This document shows, piece after piece, positions 1 to 14,140 of a stretch of 32,000 nt of DNA. The translations under genes and the position numbers were made by a program. This DNA is from Opitutia bacterium KCR 482 (GTDB lineage Bacteria; Verrucomicrobiota; Verrucomicrobiia; Opitutales; Intestinicryptomonadaceae). The stretch is taken from positions 1,500,001-1,532,000 of the forward strand of contig CP149973.1 of the NCBI GenBank assembly GCA_029269845.2, read 5' to 3'. How positions within the stretch are numbered: the stretch's first letter is position 1; every line of letters starts with the position of its first letter. The notes under the pieces were generated by a model. That model did not search any database. It was not told the DNA's origin and saw only the letters and a list, made by a program, of their open reading frames with translations.

Positions 1-3279
<3,279 letters not shown>

Positions 3280-3316
3280 TCGCTTTTGAACCACTAAGAA
3301 AATCAAGGAATTTTTT

Positions 3317-6300
3317 ATGGACGAAAACAATACAAGCCAAGCGCGAGAAATTCTCGGTTTCGACAGCGACGCGGGTTTTGACAGCGTTTCCATCGGTCTC
3401 GCTTCCCCGGATACGATTCGTTCGTGGTCGCACGGCGAGGTTAAGAACCCCGAAACAATCAACTACCGCACGTTCAAGCCCGAACCCGGCGGTTTGTTCT
3501 GCCAGAGAATATTCGGCCCCGTGCGCGACTACGAGTGCGCCTGCGGCAAGTACAAGCGCATCCGCTTTAAGGATCAGGTTTGCGACCGTTGCGGCGTCGA
3601 AGTGACGACAAGCCGCGTGCGCCGCGAAAGAATGGGGCATATCGAACTTGCCGTTCCCGTAGCGCACATTTGGTTTTTGAAAAGCATGCCAAGCAGGCTC
3701 AGCCTCATGCTCGACATGACTTCGAAAGCCCTCGAAAGCGTAATCTACTACGAACGCTACGTCGTAATCGAGCCACGCAACACGTCCCTTACGTTCAAAC
3801 AGTTCCTCTCGGAAGAGGAATATCAGGCGGCAATCGACGCGGGCGACGACTTTGTGGCGAAAATGGGCGCGGAAGCTATCCGCGACCTGCTCGCGAAAAT
3901 CGACTTGGAAAAGCTCGAAGTTGAACTCGTCGAACAAATGCAGTCCACGCGCTCGAAGCAGATTAAGAAAAAGCTCTCGAAGCGTTTGAAACTCGTTCAG
4001 GGCTTCATTCAGAGCAACGCGCGTCCCGAATGGATGATTCTCGAAGTCCTGCCCGTCATTCCGCCGGATTTGAGACCCCTCGTTCCGCTCGAAGGCGGCA
4101 GATTCGCAACCAGCGACCTCAACGACCTTTACCGCCGCGTAATCAACCGCAACAACCGTCTGCGCAGCCTCATGCAGATGCGCACTCCCGACGTCATCAT
4201 TCACAACGAAAAGAGAATGTTGCAGGAGTCCATCGACGCGCTGTTCGACAACGGCCGCCATGGCCGTCCCGTAACGGGCGCGGGCAACAGGCCGCTGAAA
4301 AGCATCTCCGACATGCTCAAAGGCAAGCAGGGACGCTTCCGTCAAAACCTGCTCGGCAAGCGCGTCGACTACTCCGGCCGTTCGGTTATCGTCATCGGTC
4401 CCGACCTCAAACTCAACCAGTGCGGTCTGCCGAAGAAAATGGCGCTTACGCTGTTCGAACCTTTCATCATCCGCCGCTTGAAGGAACTGGGCTTTGTGCA
4501 CACAGTCCGCAGCGCGCGCAAAATGATTGAAAAGAAGTCGCCCGAAGTTTGGGATATTCTGGAAGAGGTAACCGAGGGGCACCCCGTTATGCTCAACCGC
4601 GCTCCGACGCTCCACAGGCTTTCGATTCAGGCGTTCGAGCCTGTGCTCATCGAGGGCGACGCCATCCGCCTGCACCCGCTTGTTTGCGGCGCGTACAATG
4701 CGGACTTCGACGGCGACCAAATGGCAGTCCACGTTCCGCTCTCGCTCGAAGCGGTCATGGAGGCGAAACTTTTGATGTTGGCAAGCAACAACATTTTCTC
4801 CCCGTCGTCGGGCAAACCTATTTTGACGCCCTCGCAGGACATCGTTCTGGGGTGCTACTACCTCACGTACGAACCTAGCCTCAAAAAGGAAAAAGGCCAG
4901 CGCGTTCCGCTGCTTGCGTCGCTCCGCGAAGTCGAGGGCGCACAGGCGGAGGGCATGCTCCACTGGCACGACTGGATTGACTATGTCAACCCCGACTACG
5001 GCAAAGACACGATTTTCGGCGACAAAACAAAGAAAATTATCCGCACAACCCCCGGCCGCGTAATCTTCAACACGATTTGGCCGGAAAAGATGGGCTTTGT
5101 AAACTTCGTCGTTCCGAAAGGCAAACTCGGCGACCTCATTCTTAACACGTTTAAGATTTGCGGCCGCAGCGAAAGCGCGCCCGTGCTCGACAGAATGAAA
5201 AAGCTCGGCTTCCGCACCGCGACGCTCGCCGGCATTTCAATCGGTATCGGCGACATGGACATTCCCGCCGAAAAGAAGGGAATCATCGCCGAAGCCCGCG
5301 CGAAAATCAAAGTCATCGAAAACGAATACCACAAGGGTACGATTACCAAGGGCGAACGCTCGAACAAGGTCATCGACGTGTGGAACGTCGCGACCGACGA
5401 AATCGCGAAAAAGGCATTCGAAAATCTCGCCCGCGTTCCCGAAAAAACTTTCGGACGCCAGCACATCAATCCCGTTTATATCCTCATGGATTCGGGCGCG
5501 CGAGGCAACAAGGCGCAGGTTCGCCAGCTCTGCGGTGCCCGCGGCCTTATGGCGAAACCGAACGGCGAAATTATCGAACGCCCGATTCTCTCGTCTTTCC
5601 GCGAAGGTCTGAGCGTGCACGAATACTTTATCTCCACGCACGGCGCGCGCAAGGGTCTTGCCGACACCGCCCTTAAAACGGCGGACGCAGGCTACATGAC
5701 CAGAAAACTCTGCGACGTCGCCATGGACGTTATCATTACGGAAGAGGACGACGGCAACCGCGACGGTATCTGGAAACAGGCAATCTACGACGGCGACGAC
5801 GAAATCGTCTCGCTCTTCGACCGCATCGTCGGACGCTGCTCTTCGGACGATATTTTGAACCCGACGAACCCGTCGGAAGTAGTCGTAAAGAACGGCGAAA
5901 TCATCACGGAGGCAATGGCGAAGCGCATCGGCGCGCTCGGTATCGAACGCGTCAAGATTATGAGCCCGCTCACGCACCTCAAACGCAACGCGATTCCCGC
6001 AAAGGCGTACGGCATCGACCCGTCGTCGCAGAAGCTTGTGGAACGCGGCACGGCGGTCGGCATCATCGCGGCGCAGTCAATCGGCGAACCCGGCACTCAG
6101 CTGACGATGAGAACCTTCCACGTCGGCGGCGTCGCGCAGGCGGTCAAAGCCCCCGAACTTGCTGCCCGCAACGACGGCACAATCCATTACGAAGACATCA
6201 CGAGCGTTTCGCTCCCGCAGGTTGACGCCGACGGCAACGAAATCAATGTAAGCGTAGTCCTCAACAAAACCGCCCACATGAAAATCGTGGGCGAAGAGGG

Positions 6301-7498
6301 CAACGTCCTCGAAGACTACACGCTCGCGGCGGGCGCGCTCATCACGGCGGAAGAGGGTCAGCATGTCAAAAAGGGCACGCTCCTCGCGCGTTGGGACCCG
6401 CACAATATCCCGATTATGGCAAGCGAATCGGGCGTCGTCCAATTCAAGGACTTGATTGACGGCCTCACATACCGCTCGGATTTCGACCCCTCCACGGGTC
6501 GCACGACAATCACGATTTCCGACCACAAAGAAGACCTCAACCCGACCATCAACATCGTCGACAAGAAGACGGGAGAAATCAAGGCGTTCCAGGTAATCCC
6601 GACGGGCGCACAGGTGATAGTCTCGGAGGGCGACGAAATCGCCCCCGGTATGATTATGGCGAAAACCCCGCGCTCGGCGGCAAAAACGCAGGACATCACC
6701 GGCGGTCTGCCGCGCGTCGCGGAACTTTTCGAAGCCCGCCGTCCGAAAGACGCGGCGGAAATTGCGCGTTCGCACGGCATCGTGAAAATCGGCGGCACGC
6801 GCCGCAAGAAGACGATTTTGAGAATCGTCCCGAAGGGCTGGCAGGAAGGCGACGAAGGCGCAATCGAAGAGCATCTCATTCCCGCCAACAAGCGAATCAT
6901 CGTACAGCCCGACGACGAAGTAAAGCGCGGTCAGGCTCTCACGGAAGGCGGCGTCGACCCCAGCGAAGTCCTCGAAGTAATGGGGGCAAGCGAAGTTCAG
7001 GAATATATCATCAGGGAAATCCAGAAGGTGTACCGCTCGCAGGGTGTTACAATTAACGACAAGCACATCGAAGTTATCGCTTCGAGAATGCTGCGCAAAG
7101 TCCGCGTGTCCGACCCCGGCGACTCCGACTACTTCTGGGGCCAGCAGGTCGACCGCTACGAATTTATGGAAACCAACAAGAATATCGAAGACGCGGGCGG
7201 TAAAGCCGCGACCGCCGAACCGATACTCTTGGGTATCACGAAAGCCAGCTTGGAAACCGAAAGTTTCATAAGCGCGGCGTCGTTCCAGGAAACAACGAGA
7301 GTTCTCACGGAAGCCGCAACGCTCGGCAAACGCGACGACCTTTCGGGCTTCAAGGAAAACGTGATAATGGGTAATTTGATTCCCGCGGGTACGGGGCTTG
7401 CCGCGTACCGCAAGCTGAAAGTCAACGCAATCGGACACACTCCGCTTGCCGACGGAATGCTTGACGGCGGGGAAACTTCGGAGGCCGACGCTCAATAG
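3317..7498 (+). CDS. rpoC: DNA-directed RNA polymerase subunit beta'
   Basis: 1393-aa ORF 37 bp after rpoB. It has the zinc finger CACGKYKR...CDRCGVEV, the catalytic [12 protein letters not shown], and [18 protein letters not shown] followed by a long trigger-loop insertion as in Gram-negative-type beta'. Confidence 0.98.
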   Translation: MDENNTSQAREILGFDSDAGFDSVSIGLASPDTIRSWSHGEVKNPETINYRTFKPEPGGLFCQRIFGPVRDYECACGKYKRIRFKDQVCDRCGVEVTTSRVRRERMGHIELAVPVAHIWFLKSMPSRLSLMLDMTSKALESVIYYERYVVIEPRNTSLTFKQFLSEEEYQAAIDAGDDFVAKMGAEAIRDLLAKIDLEKLEVELVEQMQSTRSKQIKKKLSKRLKLVQGFIQSNARPEWMILEVLPVIPPDLRPLVPLEGGRFATSDLNDLYRRVINRNNRLRSLMQMRTPDVIIHNEKRMLQESIDALFDNGRHGRPVTGAGNRPLKSISDMLKGKQGRFRQNLLGKRVDYSGRSVIVIGPDLKLNQCGLPKKMALTLFEPFIIRRLKELGFVHTVRSARKMIEKKSPEVWDILEEVTEGHPVMLNRAPTLHRLSIQAFEPVLIEGDAIRLHPLVCGAYNADFDGDQMAVHVPLSLEAVMEAKLLMLASNNIFSPSSGKPILTPSQDIVLGCYYLTYEPSLKKEKGQRVPLLASLREVEGAQAEGMLHWHDWIDYVNPDYGKDTIFGDKTKKIIRTTPGRVIFNTIWPEKMGFVNFVVPKGKLGDLILNTFKICGRSESAPVLDRMKKLGFRTATLAGISIGIGDMDIPAEKKGIIAEARAKIKVIENEYHKGTITKGERSNKVIDVWNVATDEIAKKAFENLARVPEKTFGRQHINPVYILMDSGARGNKAQVRQLCGARGLMAKPNGEIIERPILSSFREGLSVHEYFISTHGARKGLADTALKTADAGYMTRKLCDVAMDVIITEEDDGNRDGIWKQAIYDGDDEIVSLFDRIVGRCSSDDILNPTNPSEVVVKNGEIITEAMAKRIGALGIERVKIMSPLTHLKRNAIPAKAYGIDPSSQKLVERGTAVGIIAAQSIGEPGTQLTMRTFHVGGVAQAVKAPELAARNDGTIHYEDITSVSLPQVDADGNEINVSVVLNKTAHMKIVGEEGNVLEDYTLAAGALITAEEGQHVKKGTLLARWDPHNIPIMASESGVVQFKDLIDGLTYRSDFDPSTGRTTITISDHKEDLNPTINIVDKKTGEIKAFQVIPTGAQVIVSEGDEIAPGMIMAKTPRSAAKTQDITGGLPRVAELFEARRPKDAAEIARSHGIVKIGGTRRKKTILRIVPKGWQEGDEGAIEEHLIPANKRIIVQPDDEVKRGQALTEGGVDPSEVLEVMGASEVQEYIIREIQKVYRSQGVTINDKHIEVIASRMLRKVRVSDPGDSDYFWGQQVDRYEFMETNKNIEDAGGKAATAEPILLGITKASLETESFISAASFQETTRVLTEAATLGKRDDLSGFKENVIMGNLIPAGTGLAAYRKLKVNAIGHTPLADGMLDGGETSEADAQ

Positions 7499-7714
7499 GG
7501 TCGGCGTCCTTCGATGATTCAGTTTTTGCGCGTACCGGACGGGCGTCGGGGAAAAGACGCCGCTGCGCAAGGGCAAAAATCGGAGACGTTTTTTTCCGCG
7601 AAATCCGCCGCATAAGCAACGGCGGAACGCGGGCAAAAATCGCGCACCAAAAACAGAACCAAGCATTGCGGGGCGACGGGACGTTGTACAGAGCGTCGCG
7701 CAAGGCGTAAAAAA

Positions 7715-7761
7715 TTAAAAAAATATAAATAAAAAACTTGCCAAAGGGAAAGTGATATATA
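7715..7761 (+). promoter_or_regulatory. Putative str-operon promoter: A-tract (UP-like) plus extended -10 TGATATATA
   Basis: TGaTATATA at 7753-7761 fits the extended -10 pattern TGnTATAAT. A TTGCCA hexamer at 7738-7743 is too close (12 bp) to act as the -35. A strongly A-rich block lies at 7709-7736 in an otherwise GC-rich sequence. The site is about 37 bp upstream of the rpsL ATG. Confidence 0.5.
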
Positions 7762-7797
7762 CTTTTCAACATCTTTCTCTTTAAAAAGACACAAAAT

Positions 7798-8181
7798 ATG
7801 CCTACAATTAATCAGTTAGTTCGCAAGCCGCGCAGCCTTGTAAAAGCAAAGACAAAGGCGCCGGCTTTGAAGTCGAATCCGTTTCGCCGCGGCGTATGCG
7901 TACAGGTAATGACCCGTACGCCTAAGAAGCCGAACTCGGCTATTCGTAAAGTCGCAAAGGTGCGCCTTACTTCGGGATACGAAGTAATCGCCTATATTCC
8001 CGACGAAGGCCACTCGTTGCAGGAACACAGCGTCGTGCTCGTGCGCGGCGGCCGTGTTAAGGACTTGCCCGGTGTTCGTTACCACATCGTCCGCGGTACG
8101 CTCGACTGCATGGGTGTTGAAAAACGCCGCCGCAGCCGTTCGAAGTACGGTGTCAAGCGCCCGAAGGCCAAGAAGGCATAA
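7798..8181 (+). CDS. rpsL: 30S ribosomal protein S12
   Basis: [12 protein letters not shown]..., [12 protein letters not shown], and [18 protein letters not shown] are all S12 signatures. Confidence 0.98.
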   Translation: MPTINQLVRKPRSLVKAKTKAPALKSNPFRRGVCVQVMTRTPKKPNSAIRKVAKVRLTSGYEVIAYIPDEGHSLQEHSVVLVRGGRVKDLPGVRYHIVRGTLDCMGVEKRRRSRSKYGVKRPKAKKA

Positions 8182-8206
8182 TTAAAATTTTAGAAAAGGC
8201 AAAAAT

Positions 8207-8680
8207 ATGTCACGCAGACACAGAGCTGAAAAAAGAGAACGCATTCCGGATTCGCGCTACAAGAGCGCGCTCGTAAGCCACCTCATCAACATGGTGATGA
8301 AGGACGGCAAAAAGACCGTCGCGGAACGCATCGTATACGGTGCAATCGAAAAGGTTAGCGAAAAGCTCGAAAAGGGCGACCCCATCGACCTGCTCTTGGG
8401 CGCGCTCGAAAACGTTCGTCCGAAGCTTGAAGTTAAGAGCCGCCGCGTAGGTGGCGCAACGTACCAAGTCCCCGTCGAAGTTTCGTTCGACCGCCAGCAG
8501 ACGCTCGCGTTCCGTTGGCTCATCGAAGCGGCGGGCAACCGCAAGGGTCTGCCGATGGCCGACGCTCTCGCGGCTGAACTCGTAGACGCCTACAACGGCA
8601 CGGGTACGGTTGTCAAGAAGCGCGAAGACGTCCACAAGATGGCGCAGTCCAACAGGGCTTTTGCGCACCTCCGCTGGTAA
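8207..8680 (+). CDS. rpsG: 30S ribosomal protein S7
   Basis: 157 aa, 25 bp after rpsL. S7-type motifs VKSRRVGGATYQVPVEV and AHLRW at the C-terminus. Confidence 0.97.
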   Translation: MSRRHRAEKRERIPDSRYKSALVSHLINMVMKDGKKTVAERIVYGAIEKVSEKLEKGDPIDLLLGALENVRPKLEVKSRRVGGATYQVPVEVSFDRQQTLAFRWLIEAAGNRKGLPMADALAAELVDAYNGTGTVVKKREDVHKMAQSNRAFAHLRW

Positions 8681-8708
8681 TTGAACTTCACACGGAAATA
8701 CCACGAAC

Positions 8709-10862
8709 ATGGCACTTTCAGAAAAAAATTCACCCAACAGAACAAAGCCGTTGGAATATACCAGAAACATCGGTATATCGGCGCACATCGACGCGGGCAA
8801 AACGACCTGCTCGGAACGTATCCTGTTTTACAGCGGCGTAGTTCACAAAATCGGCGAAGTACACGAAGGTACTGCCGTGACGGACTGGATGGAACAGGAA
8901 CGCGAACGCGGCATTACCATTACGTCCTCGGCTATCTCGTGCAACTGGACGACGAAAGACGGCCCCTACAAGGGCATTCAGCACCAAATCAACCTTATCG
9001 ACACCCCCGGACACGTTGACTTCACAGCGGAAGTCGAACGTTCGCTCCGCGTTCTCGACGGCGCGGTCGCGGTGTTCTGCGCGGTTGCGGGCGTACAGCC
9101 CCAGTCCGAAACGGTTTGGCGCCAGATGAACAAGTACAATGTTCCGCGCATCGCTTTCATCAACAAGATGGACAGAACCGGTGCCGACTTCTACGGCGCG
9201 GTCGAAGACATCAAGACGAAGCTCAACGGCAATCCCCACCCGCTCTTCCTCCCCATCGGCGCGGAAGACAAGTTCAAGGGGCTTATCGACCTCGTCAGCA
9301 TGAAGGCGTACGTGTACGACGAAAACGACCCCCAGGGCGTTAAGTACGACGTCATCGAAATCCCCGCCGAATACAAGGAAAAGGCGGATCAGTACCGTTC
9401 GGAACTCATCGAAGCCATTGCCGACTTCGACGACTCTATCATGGAACGCTTCCTTGAAGGCGAAACGAATTTCACGGAAGACGAACTCCGCCTCGGTATC
9501 CGCAAGGCTACTCTGTCGCGCGAATTCGTCGGCGTAATCCCCGGTTCTGCGTTCAAGAACAAGGGCGTGCAGATGTTGCTCGACGCGGTTGTGGACTACC
9601 TCCCCAGCCCGCTCGACGTTCCCCCGATTAAGGCTTACGGCGAAGACGACGAAGAAACGCCGTCGCTTGAAATCGTCTCCGACGACTTCGCGCCACCCAC
9701 AGCACTTGCGTTCAAACTTTGGAGCGACCCGTTCGTAGGTAAACTCGTGTTCATTCGCGTATACAGCGGTTGCATCAAAAAGGGCATGCAGGTTTACAAC
9801 CCGCGCAGCCGCAAGACCGAACGCATCTCCCGTTTGCTCGTCATCAAGGCGGACAAGCGCGAAGACATCGAAGAGGCATACAGCGGCGCAATCTGCGCAA
9901 TCATCGGCGCAAAGGATATCGTAACGGGCGACACGCTCTGCGACAGAGACCACGAAGTTCGTCTCGAGCCACCGACATTCCCCGAACCGGTTATCGCAAT
10001 GAGCATCGAGCCGAAGTCGAAGGCAGACCAGGAAAAGCTTTCCATCGCCCTCCAAAGACTCGCAGAAGAAGACCCGACATTCGTTGTCACAACGAATCAG
10101 GAAACGGGGCAGACGCTTATCGCGGGCATGGGCGAACTTCACCTCGACATCATTCGCGACCGTCTGTTCCGCGAATTCAAGGTAGAAGCAGACTCCGGCA
10201 AACCGCAAATCGCGTACCGCGAAACAATCACGAAAGCCGCTCCCGGCGTGGGCAAATTCGTCCGCCAGTCGGGTGGTCGCGGTCAGTACGGCCACGCGGA
10301 AATCGTTCTCGAACCGCTTGAAAAGGGCAAACACTACGAGTTTGTCAACGAAATCGTCGGCGGCGTAATCCCGAAGGAATACATCAAGCCGACGGAAGAC
10401 GGTATCAAGGAAGCAATGATAAACGGCGTCGTCGCGGGCTATCCCGTTGTGGACGTCAAGGTGCGCTTGGTATTCGGTTCGTTCCACGAAGTCGACTCTT
10501 CGGAAATGGCGTTCAAGATGGCGGGTATCTTCGCTTTCAAGGACGCCATGAAAAACGCGGGCCCGATTCTCCTCGAACCTATCATGAAAGTCGAAGTAAC
10601 GACCCCCGACGAATATCAGGGCGACGTTATGGGCGACATCAACCGTCGCCGCGGCCAGATTCAGGGTATGGAATCGAAGGGCAATGTAACGGTCATCAAG
10701 GCGTTCGTGCCGCTCGAAACAATGTTCGGCTACGCTACGGATATCCGCTCGCTTTCCAGCGGTAGAGCTTCGTACTCGATGGAGCCGAGCCACTTCGAAC
10801 AAGTACCCGCGGCAGTTCTGAAACAGGTTCAGGAAGGCGCGGCAAAGAAGGCTCAACGATAA
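8709..10862 (+). CDS. fusA: Elongation factor G
   Basis: 717 aa. GTPase motifs [24 protein letters not shown] and INKMDR, with EF-G domain IV/V-like sequence and canonical position after rpsG. Confidence 0.98.
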   Translation: MALSEKNSPNRTKPLEYTRNIGISAHIDAGKTTCSERILFYSGVVHKIGEVHEGTAVTDWMEQERERGITITSSAISCNWTTKDGPYKGIQHQINLIDTPGHVDFTAEVERSLRVLDGAVAVFCAVAGVQPQSETVWRQMNKYNVPRIAFINKMDRTGADFYGAVEDIKTKLNGNPHPLFLPIGAEDKFKGLIDLVSMKAYVYDENDPQGVKYDVIEIPAEYKEKADQYRSELIEAIADFDDSIMERFLEGETNFTEDELRLGIRKATLSREFVGVIPGSAFKNKGVQMLLDAVVDYLPSPLDVPPIKAYGEDDEETPSLEIVSDDFAPPTALAFKLWSDPFVGKLVFIRVYSGCIKKGMQVYNPRSRKTERISRLLVIKADKREDIEEAYSGAICAIIGAKDIVTGDTLCDRDHEVRLEPPTFPEPVIAMSIEPKSKADQEKLSIALQRLAEEDPTFVVTTNQETGQTLIAGMGELHLDIIRDRLFREFKVEADSGKPQIAYRETITKAAPGVGKFVRQSGGRGQYGHAEIVLEPLEKGKHYEFVNEIVGGVIPKEYIKPTEDGIKEAMINGVVAGYPVVDVKVRLVFGSFHEVDSSEMAFKMAGIFAFKDAMKNAGPILLEPIMKVEVTTPDEYQGDVMGDINRRRGQIQGMESKGNVTVIKAFVPLETMFGYATDIRSLSSGRASYSMEPSHFEQVPAAVLKQVQEGAAKKAQR

Positions 10863-10883
10863 TATTTAAAAGGAAAAAGCAAT

Positions 10884-11192
10884 ATGGCTACTCAGAGAAT
10901 CAGAATAAAACTCAAAGGCTACGATTTTCGCACGATAGACCAGAGCGCGAGCGACATCGTCGAAACGGCGAAGCGCACGGGTGCTACTGTTTCGGGTCCG
11001 GTTCCGTTGCCGACTAAAATCGAAAAATATTCGGTAAACCGTTCCGTACACGTCGACAAGAAGAGCATGGAGCAGTTCGAGCTCCGCACTCACAAGCGTC
11101 TCATCGACATCGTAAACCCGACCGCCAACACGGTTGACGAGCTTAAAAAGCTCAATCTTCCCTCGGGGGTCGACATTACGATTAACGTCTAA
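10884..11192 (+). CDS. rpsJ: 30S ribosomal protein S10
   Basis: 102 aa, [31 protein letters not shown]...[11 protein letters not shown]. It follows fusA after 21 bp, so no tuf lies between them. Confidence 0.98.
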   Translation: MATQRIRIKLKGYDFRTIDQSASDIVETAKRTGATVSGPVPLPTKIEKYSVNRSVHVDKKSMEQFELRTHKRLIDIVNPTANTVDELKKLNLPSGVDITINV

Positions 11193-11200
11193 TGTTAAAA

Positions 11201-11246
11201 ATCGGCGGCGCGCGTCGGCAATGCGACTGCGCCGCCCGATTTTTTC
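11201..11246 (+). terminator. Rho-independent terminator after rpsJ
   Basis: ATCGGCGGCGC (11201-11211) pairs with GCGCCGCCCGAT (11229-11240) with one bulged C. An inner GTCG/CGAC pairing extends the stem. A run of six T follows (11240-11245). Starts 9 bp after the rpsJ stop. Confidence 0.85.
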
Positions 11247-11504
11247 AAACGCGTTCTTTTTCAGACTGGGGTCTCGGACTTCCTTGAAAGAATAGGAGGG
11301 CGTGTTTTCGGGAGTTTTAGGTATTCGGCCTGAAAGTCCTTTTACAGTTTAACTTTTTTCTGCGCAAATTTTTCGAAGCATCTGCCGCCGGACGGTCGGG
11401 CGAATTTGACGATTTCAGGATTTTCAAATTCGGTCAATCGGGCGGAGAGAACCGGAAAGTTTGCGCGAAATTTGTTAAAAAAATAAAATAATCGAAAAAT
11501 TTTA

Positions 11505-11533
11505 TTGACAGTACTTTTTAGATGCCCACTATG
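11505..11533 (+). promoter_or_regulatory. Putative promoter for the rplC... transcription unit
   Basis: Perfect -35 TTGACA at 11505-11510. CACTAT/ACTATG lies 16-17 bp downstream as a weak -10. The upstream sequence is A/T-rich (11471-11504) and includes TTAAAAAAATA at 11475-11485. Confidence 0.4.
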
Positions 11534-11608
11534 TGGCGTCTTTACTTTTCTAACAAACAAATAACAACTAACGCAGGTTATCAAAGGTGTTTTGTTTGGG
11601 AGATTGGT

Positions 11609-11635
11609 GCAAATTCCCCACGGTGGGGAGTTTGC
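11609..11635 (+). promoter_or_regulatory. 11-bp stem-loop in the rplC 5' leader
   Basis: GCAAATTCCCC (11609-11619), loop ACGGT, GGGGAGTTTGC (11625-11635). That is 10 Watson-Crick pairs plus one G-U. It lies 39 bp upstream of the rplC ATG and is followed by a small GCGG/CCGC hairpin at 11636-11646. Confidence 0.5.
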
Positions 11636-11673
11636 GCGGTTTCCGCAAGTGAAATTCCGCCTGCCTCTTAGCT

Positions 11674-12312
11674 ATGAGCGAAATACTAATCGGAAAAAAA
11701 CTGGGCATGACCCAGATTTTCGACGAGGACAACAGCCTTGTTGCCGTCACGGTCGTTGAGGCTGGCCCGTGCCCCGTCACACAAGTAAAAACTGCTCAGA
11801 GCGACGGTTATGACGCCGTGCAAATCGGCTTCGGTGCGCAGAAAGAACAGCGCATGACCCAACCGGAACTCGGGCACTTGAAAAAAGCGGGCGTAGCTCC
11901 CGTATCGGAACTTGTCGAGTTCCGCGTAGATAATCCCGCAGACTACAAAGCGGGCGACGTTTTGACGGTCGCCAAGTTTGCGAAAGGCCAGATGGTCGAC
12001 ATCATCGGCACGACAAAGGGTCGCGGTTTTCAGGGCGTAATGAAACGCTACAATTTCGACGGCCAGCCCGAAACGCACGGTCATATGATGCACCGCCGTC
12101 CCGGTTCCGTCGGTTGCCGCCAGACTCCCGGCCACGTTTACAAGGGCAGAAAGATGCCCGGTCATATGGGACAGGTTCGCTGCACGACGCAGAACCACCC
12201 CATCGTAAAAATCTTGGAAGACAAAAACATTCTTTTGATTAAGGGAAGTCTTCCGGGCGCGAAAGGCGACCTCGTTATCGTCCGTCCCGCCAAGAAAGCC
12301 AAGAAAGCATAA
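11674..12312 (+). CDS. rplC: 50S ribosomal protein L3
   Basis: GKKLGMTQIFDE..., TKGRGFQGVMKRYNFDGQPETHG. Confidence 0.97.
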   Translation: MSEILIGKKLGMTQIFDEDNSLVAVTVVEAGPCPVTQVKTAQSDGYDAVQIGFGAQKEQRMTQPELGHLKKAGVAPVSELVEFRVDNPADYKAGDVLTVAKFAKGQMVDIIGTTKGRGFQGVMKRYNFDGQPETHGHMMHRRPGSVGCRQTPGHVYKGRKMPGHMGQVRCTTQNHPIVKILEDKNILLIKGSLPGAKGDLVIVRPAKKAKKA

Positions 12313-12324
12313 GGAGCCGCACAA

Positions 12325-12960
12325 ATGAAACTTAAAGTTTATACAAAAGACGGTTCGAGCTTCACGGAGCAGGAATTTGAAAACATTCCCCAGTTCGAGG
12401 GAGACAAAGGCTTGTTCGCGCTCAAAGAAACAATCGTTGCGTATCAGGCGAACGCCCGTCAAGGCAACGCTTCCACACTCGACTACGGACACGTTAGCGG
12501 CACATGCCGCAAGCCTTTCAAACAGAAGGGCGGCGGTCGCTCGCGTCATGGTACGATGAAGAGCCCGATTCACCGCGGCGGCGCGGTAGTCTTCGGCCCC
12601 CAGCCCCGCGACTGGTCGAAGAAAATCAACCGCAAGGCGAAGGCGTTGGCTTTCAGCCGCGCGCTTTTCGACAAGTGCTCCGACAACGGCATCTGCGTAA
12701 TCGAAGAATTCGCAGCTCCCGAAAGAAAGACGAAGGCGGTTGCGAAGGTTCTTTCGAACATCAAGCCCGACGGCAAAGTTCTCTTGGTTGACGACGTTTT
12801 CGGCGACGATTTCATTCTCGCAAGCCGCAACATCGCCCGCGCGAACTTCTGCGAAAGCGCGACACTCAATGCGCTCGACTTGGTTCAGTTTGACACTGTA
12901 ATCGTATCGCGCAAGGGTCTGGACACGGTTCTCGCCCGCATCAACAAGGACGAAAGGTAA
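12325..12960 (+). CDS. rplD: 50S ribosomal protein L4
   Basis: AAGGAG Shine-Dalgarno upstream; KQKGGGRSRHGTMKSPIHRGGAVVFGPQPRDW. Confidence 0.97.
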   Translation: MKLKVYTKDGSSFTEQEFENIPQFEGDKGLFALKETIVAYQANARQGNASTLDYGHVSGTCRKPFKQKGGGRSRHGTMKSPIHRGGAVVFGPQPRDWSKKINRKAKALAFSRALFDKCSDNGICVIEEFAAPERKTKAVAKVLSNIKPDGKVLLVDDVFGDDFILASRNIARANFCESATLNALDLVQFDTVIVSRKGLDTVLARINKDER

Positions 12961-12964
12961 TACC

Positions 12965-13252
12965 ATGGTACAGGCAGACAAAATCATTAAAGGTTTCCGC
13001 GTTACGGAAAAGGCCGCCAATTTGCAGGTAGCCAACCAGTACACCTTCACGGTTGCGGAAGACGCAAACGCCGTGGCAATCGGCCGTGCGGTCGAAAAGC
13101 TTTTCAAGGTAAAGGTTGTACGCGTCAACGTAATGAACGCCAAGGGCAAGGTTAAGGTCTCGCGCATGAGCCGCAACAATCCCGGCGTCAAGGGCAAAAT
13201 GAAAAAGGCAATCGTAACGCTCAAACAGGGCGACACGATTCAAATTGTGTAA
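12965..13252 (+). CDS. rplW: 50S ribosomal protein L23
   Basis: 95 aa, 4 bp after rplD; VTEKAANL...YTFTVAEDANAVAIGRAVEKLFKVKV. Confidence 0.96.
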   Translation: MVQADKIIKGFRVTEKAANLQVANQYTFTVAEDANAVAIGRAVEKLFKVKVVRVNVMNAKGKVKVSRMSRNNPGVKGKMKKAIVTLKQGDTIQIV

Positions 13253-13269
13253 GTCAGGAGAAGCATAAA

Positions 13270-14121
13270 ATGGCTATTATAAAAAGAAGACCTTTGACAC
13301 CCGCGCAGAGATTCTTGGAACTCGGCCGCAATGAGGTCGACAACAAGCGTCCCGAACGTTCGTTGACCGAAAGCAACCACCGTTCGAGAGGCCGCAACTG
13401 CTACGGCCGCATTACGTCGCGCCGTCGCGGCGGCGGACACAAGAAGTTGTACCGCATTGTAGACTTCAAGCGCGACATCGTGGACGTACCCGCCACTGTA
13501 ATGGCGATTGAGTACGACCCGTACCGCACGGCGTACATCGCCCTCGTTCAATACCAGAACGAAGAGAAGACGAAGCGCTACATCATCGCTCCCGACGGTC
13601 TGAAAAAAGGCGACACGGTTATGACGCTTTCGAAGCGTCCCGACGAATTCCCCGTCGGCGCGTGCATGCCCCTCAAATTCATTCCTCCGGCGCAAAAGAT
13701 TTTCTGCGTTGAAATGCAGCCCGGCAAGGGCGCGCAAATCGCGCGCGGCGCAGGCGCAGGCGCGCAGCTGGTTGCCGTCGAAGGCGACATGGCTACGGTC
13801 AAGATGCCCAGCGGCGAAATCCGCTTGATTAACGCCGAATGCCGCGCGGTAATCGGCGTGGTCGGAAATCTCGAACACCAGAACCAGAGCTTGGGCAAGG
13901 CCGGCCGCGTTCGCTGGATGGGCAAACGCCCGAGAGTCCGCGGCGTGGTAATGAACCCGGTAGACCACCCGATGGGCGGTGGTGAAGGCCGCACTTCGGG
14001 CGGCGGACACCCGGTATCGCCGTGGGGCCAGCTCGCGAAGGGCTATCCGACACGCACGAAGAGCAAGCCGTCGAACTCGATGATTGTTCTCCGCCGCAAC
14101 GGTAAGAAAACCAAGAAATAG
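13270..14121 (+). CDS. rplB: 50S ribosomal protein L2
   Basis: 283 aa; RRRGGGHKKLYRIVDFKR, NPVDHPMGGGEGRTSGGGHPVSPWG. Confidence 0.98.
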   Translation: MAIIKRRPLTPAQRFLELGRNEVDNKRPERSLTESNHRSRGRNCYGRITSRRRGGGHKKLYRIVDFKRDIVDVPATVMAIEYDPYRTAYIALVQYQNEEKTKRYIIAPDGLKKGDTVMTLSKRPDEFPVGACMPLKFIPPAQKIFCVEMQPGKGAQIARGAGAGAQLVAVEGDMATVKMPSGEIRLINAECRAVIGVVGNLEHQNQSLGKAGRVRWMGKRPRVRGVVMNPVDHPMGGGEGRTSGGGHPVSPWGQLAKGYPTRTKSKPSNSMIVLRRNGKKTKK

Positions 14122-14140
14122 TTCATAGGAGAAATCAAAA

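Noticed and set aside
7672-7702. GCGACG...CGTCGC hairpin near the end of the rpoC-rpsL spacer, considered as a possible rpoC terminator.
   Set aside because: The stem is only 6 bp with a 14-nt loop and no following T-run on either strand, so there is not enough support to call a terminator.
8730-10856. 708-aa ORF antisense to fusA. Similar long antisense ORFs lie opposite rpoB/rpoC (1581-2546, 2497-3462, 3200-4969, 6077-7666), the S10 genes (11686-13236, 13240-14226), spc genes (18247-19479, 19616-20341), secY (20911-22149), rpoA (24552-25547) and rplQ/guaA (25609-27024).
   Set aside because: Each lies exactly opposite a gene with unmistakable conserved motifs. Their translations are low-complexity (Arg/Ala/Val/Phe-rich) with no recognisable domains. 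Long stop-free antisense frames are expected from the GC-rich codon bias of the true genes.
11320-11345. GAAAGTCC-containing stretch (…CGGCCTGAAAGTCCTTTT…), which recalls the conserved RNase P RNA GGAAAGUCC box.
   Set aside because: It matches only 8 nt. The surrounding sequence lacks the other universally conserved RNase P helices and motifs, and the region is too short and A/T-rich.
11342-11584. 80-aa minus-strand ORF in the rpsJ-rplC spacer.
   Set aside because: It spans the A/T-rich promoter-like region, has no Shine-Dalgarno sequence, and shows no domain-like sequence or coding-type first-position bias. It is more likely non-coding regulatory DNA.
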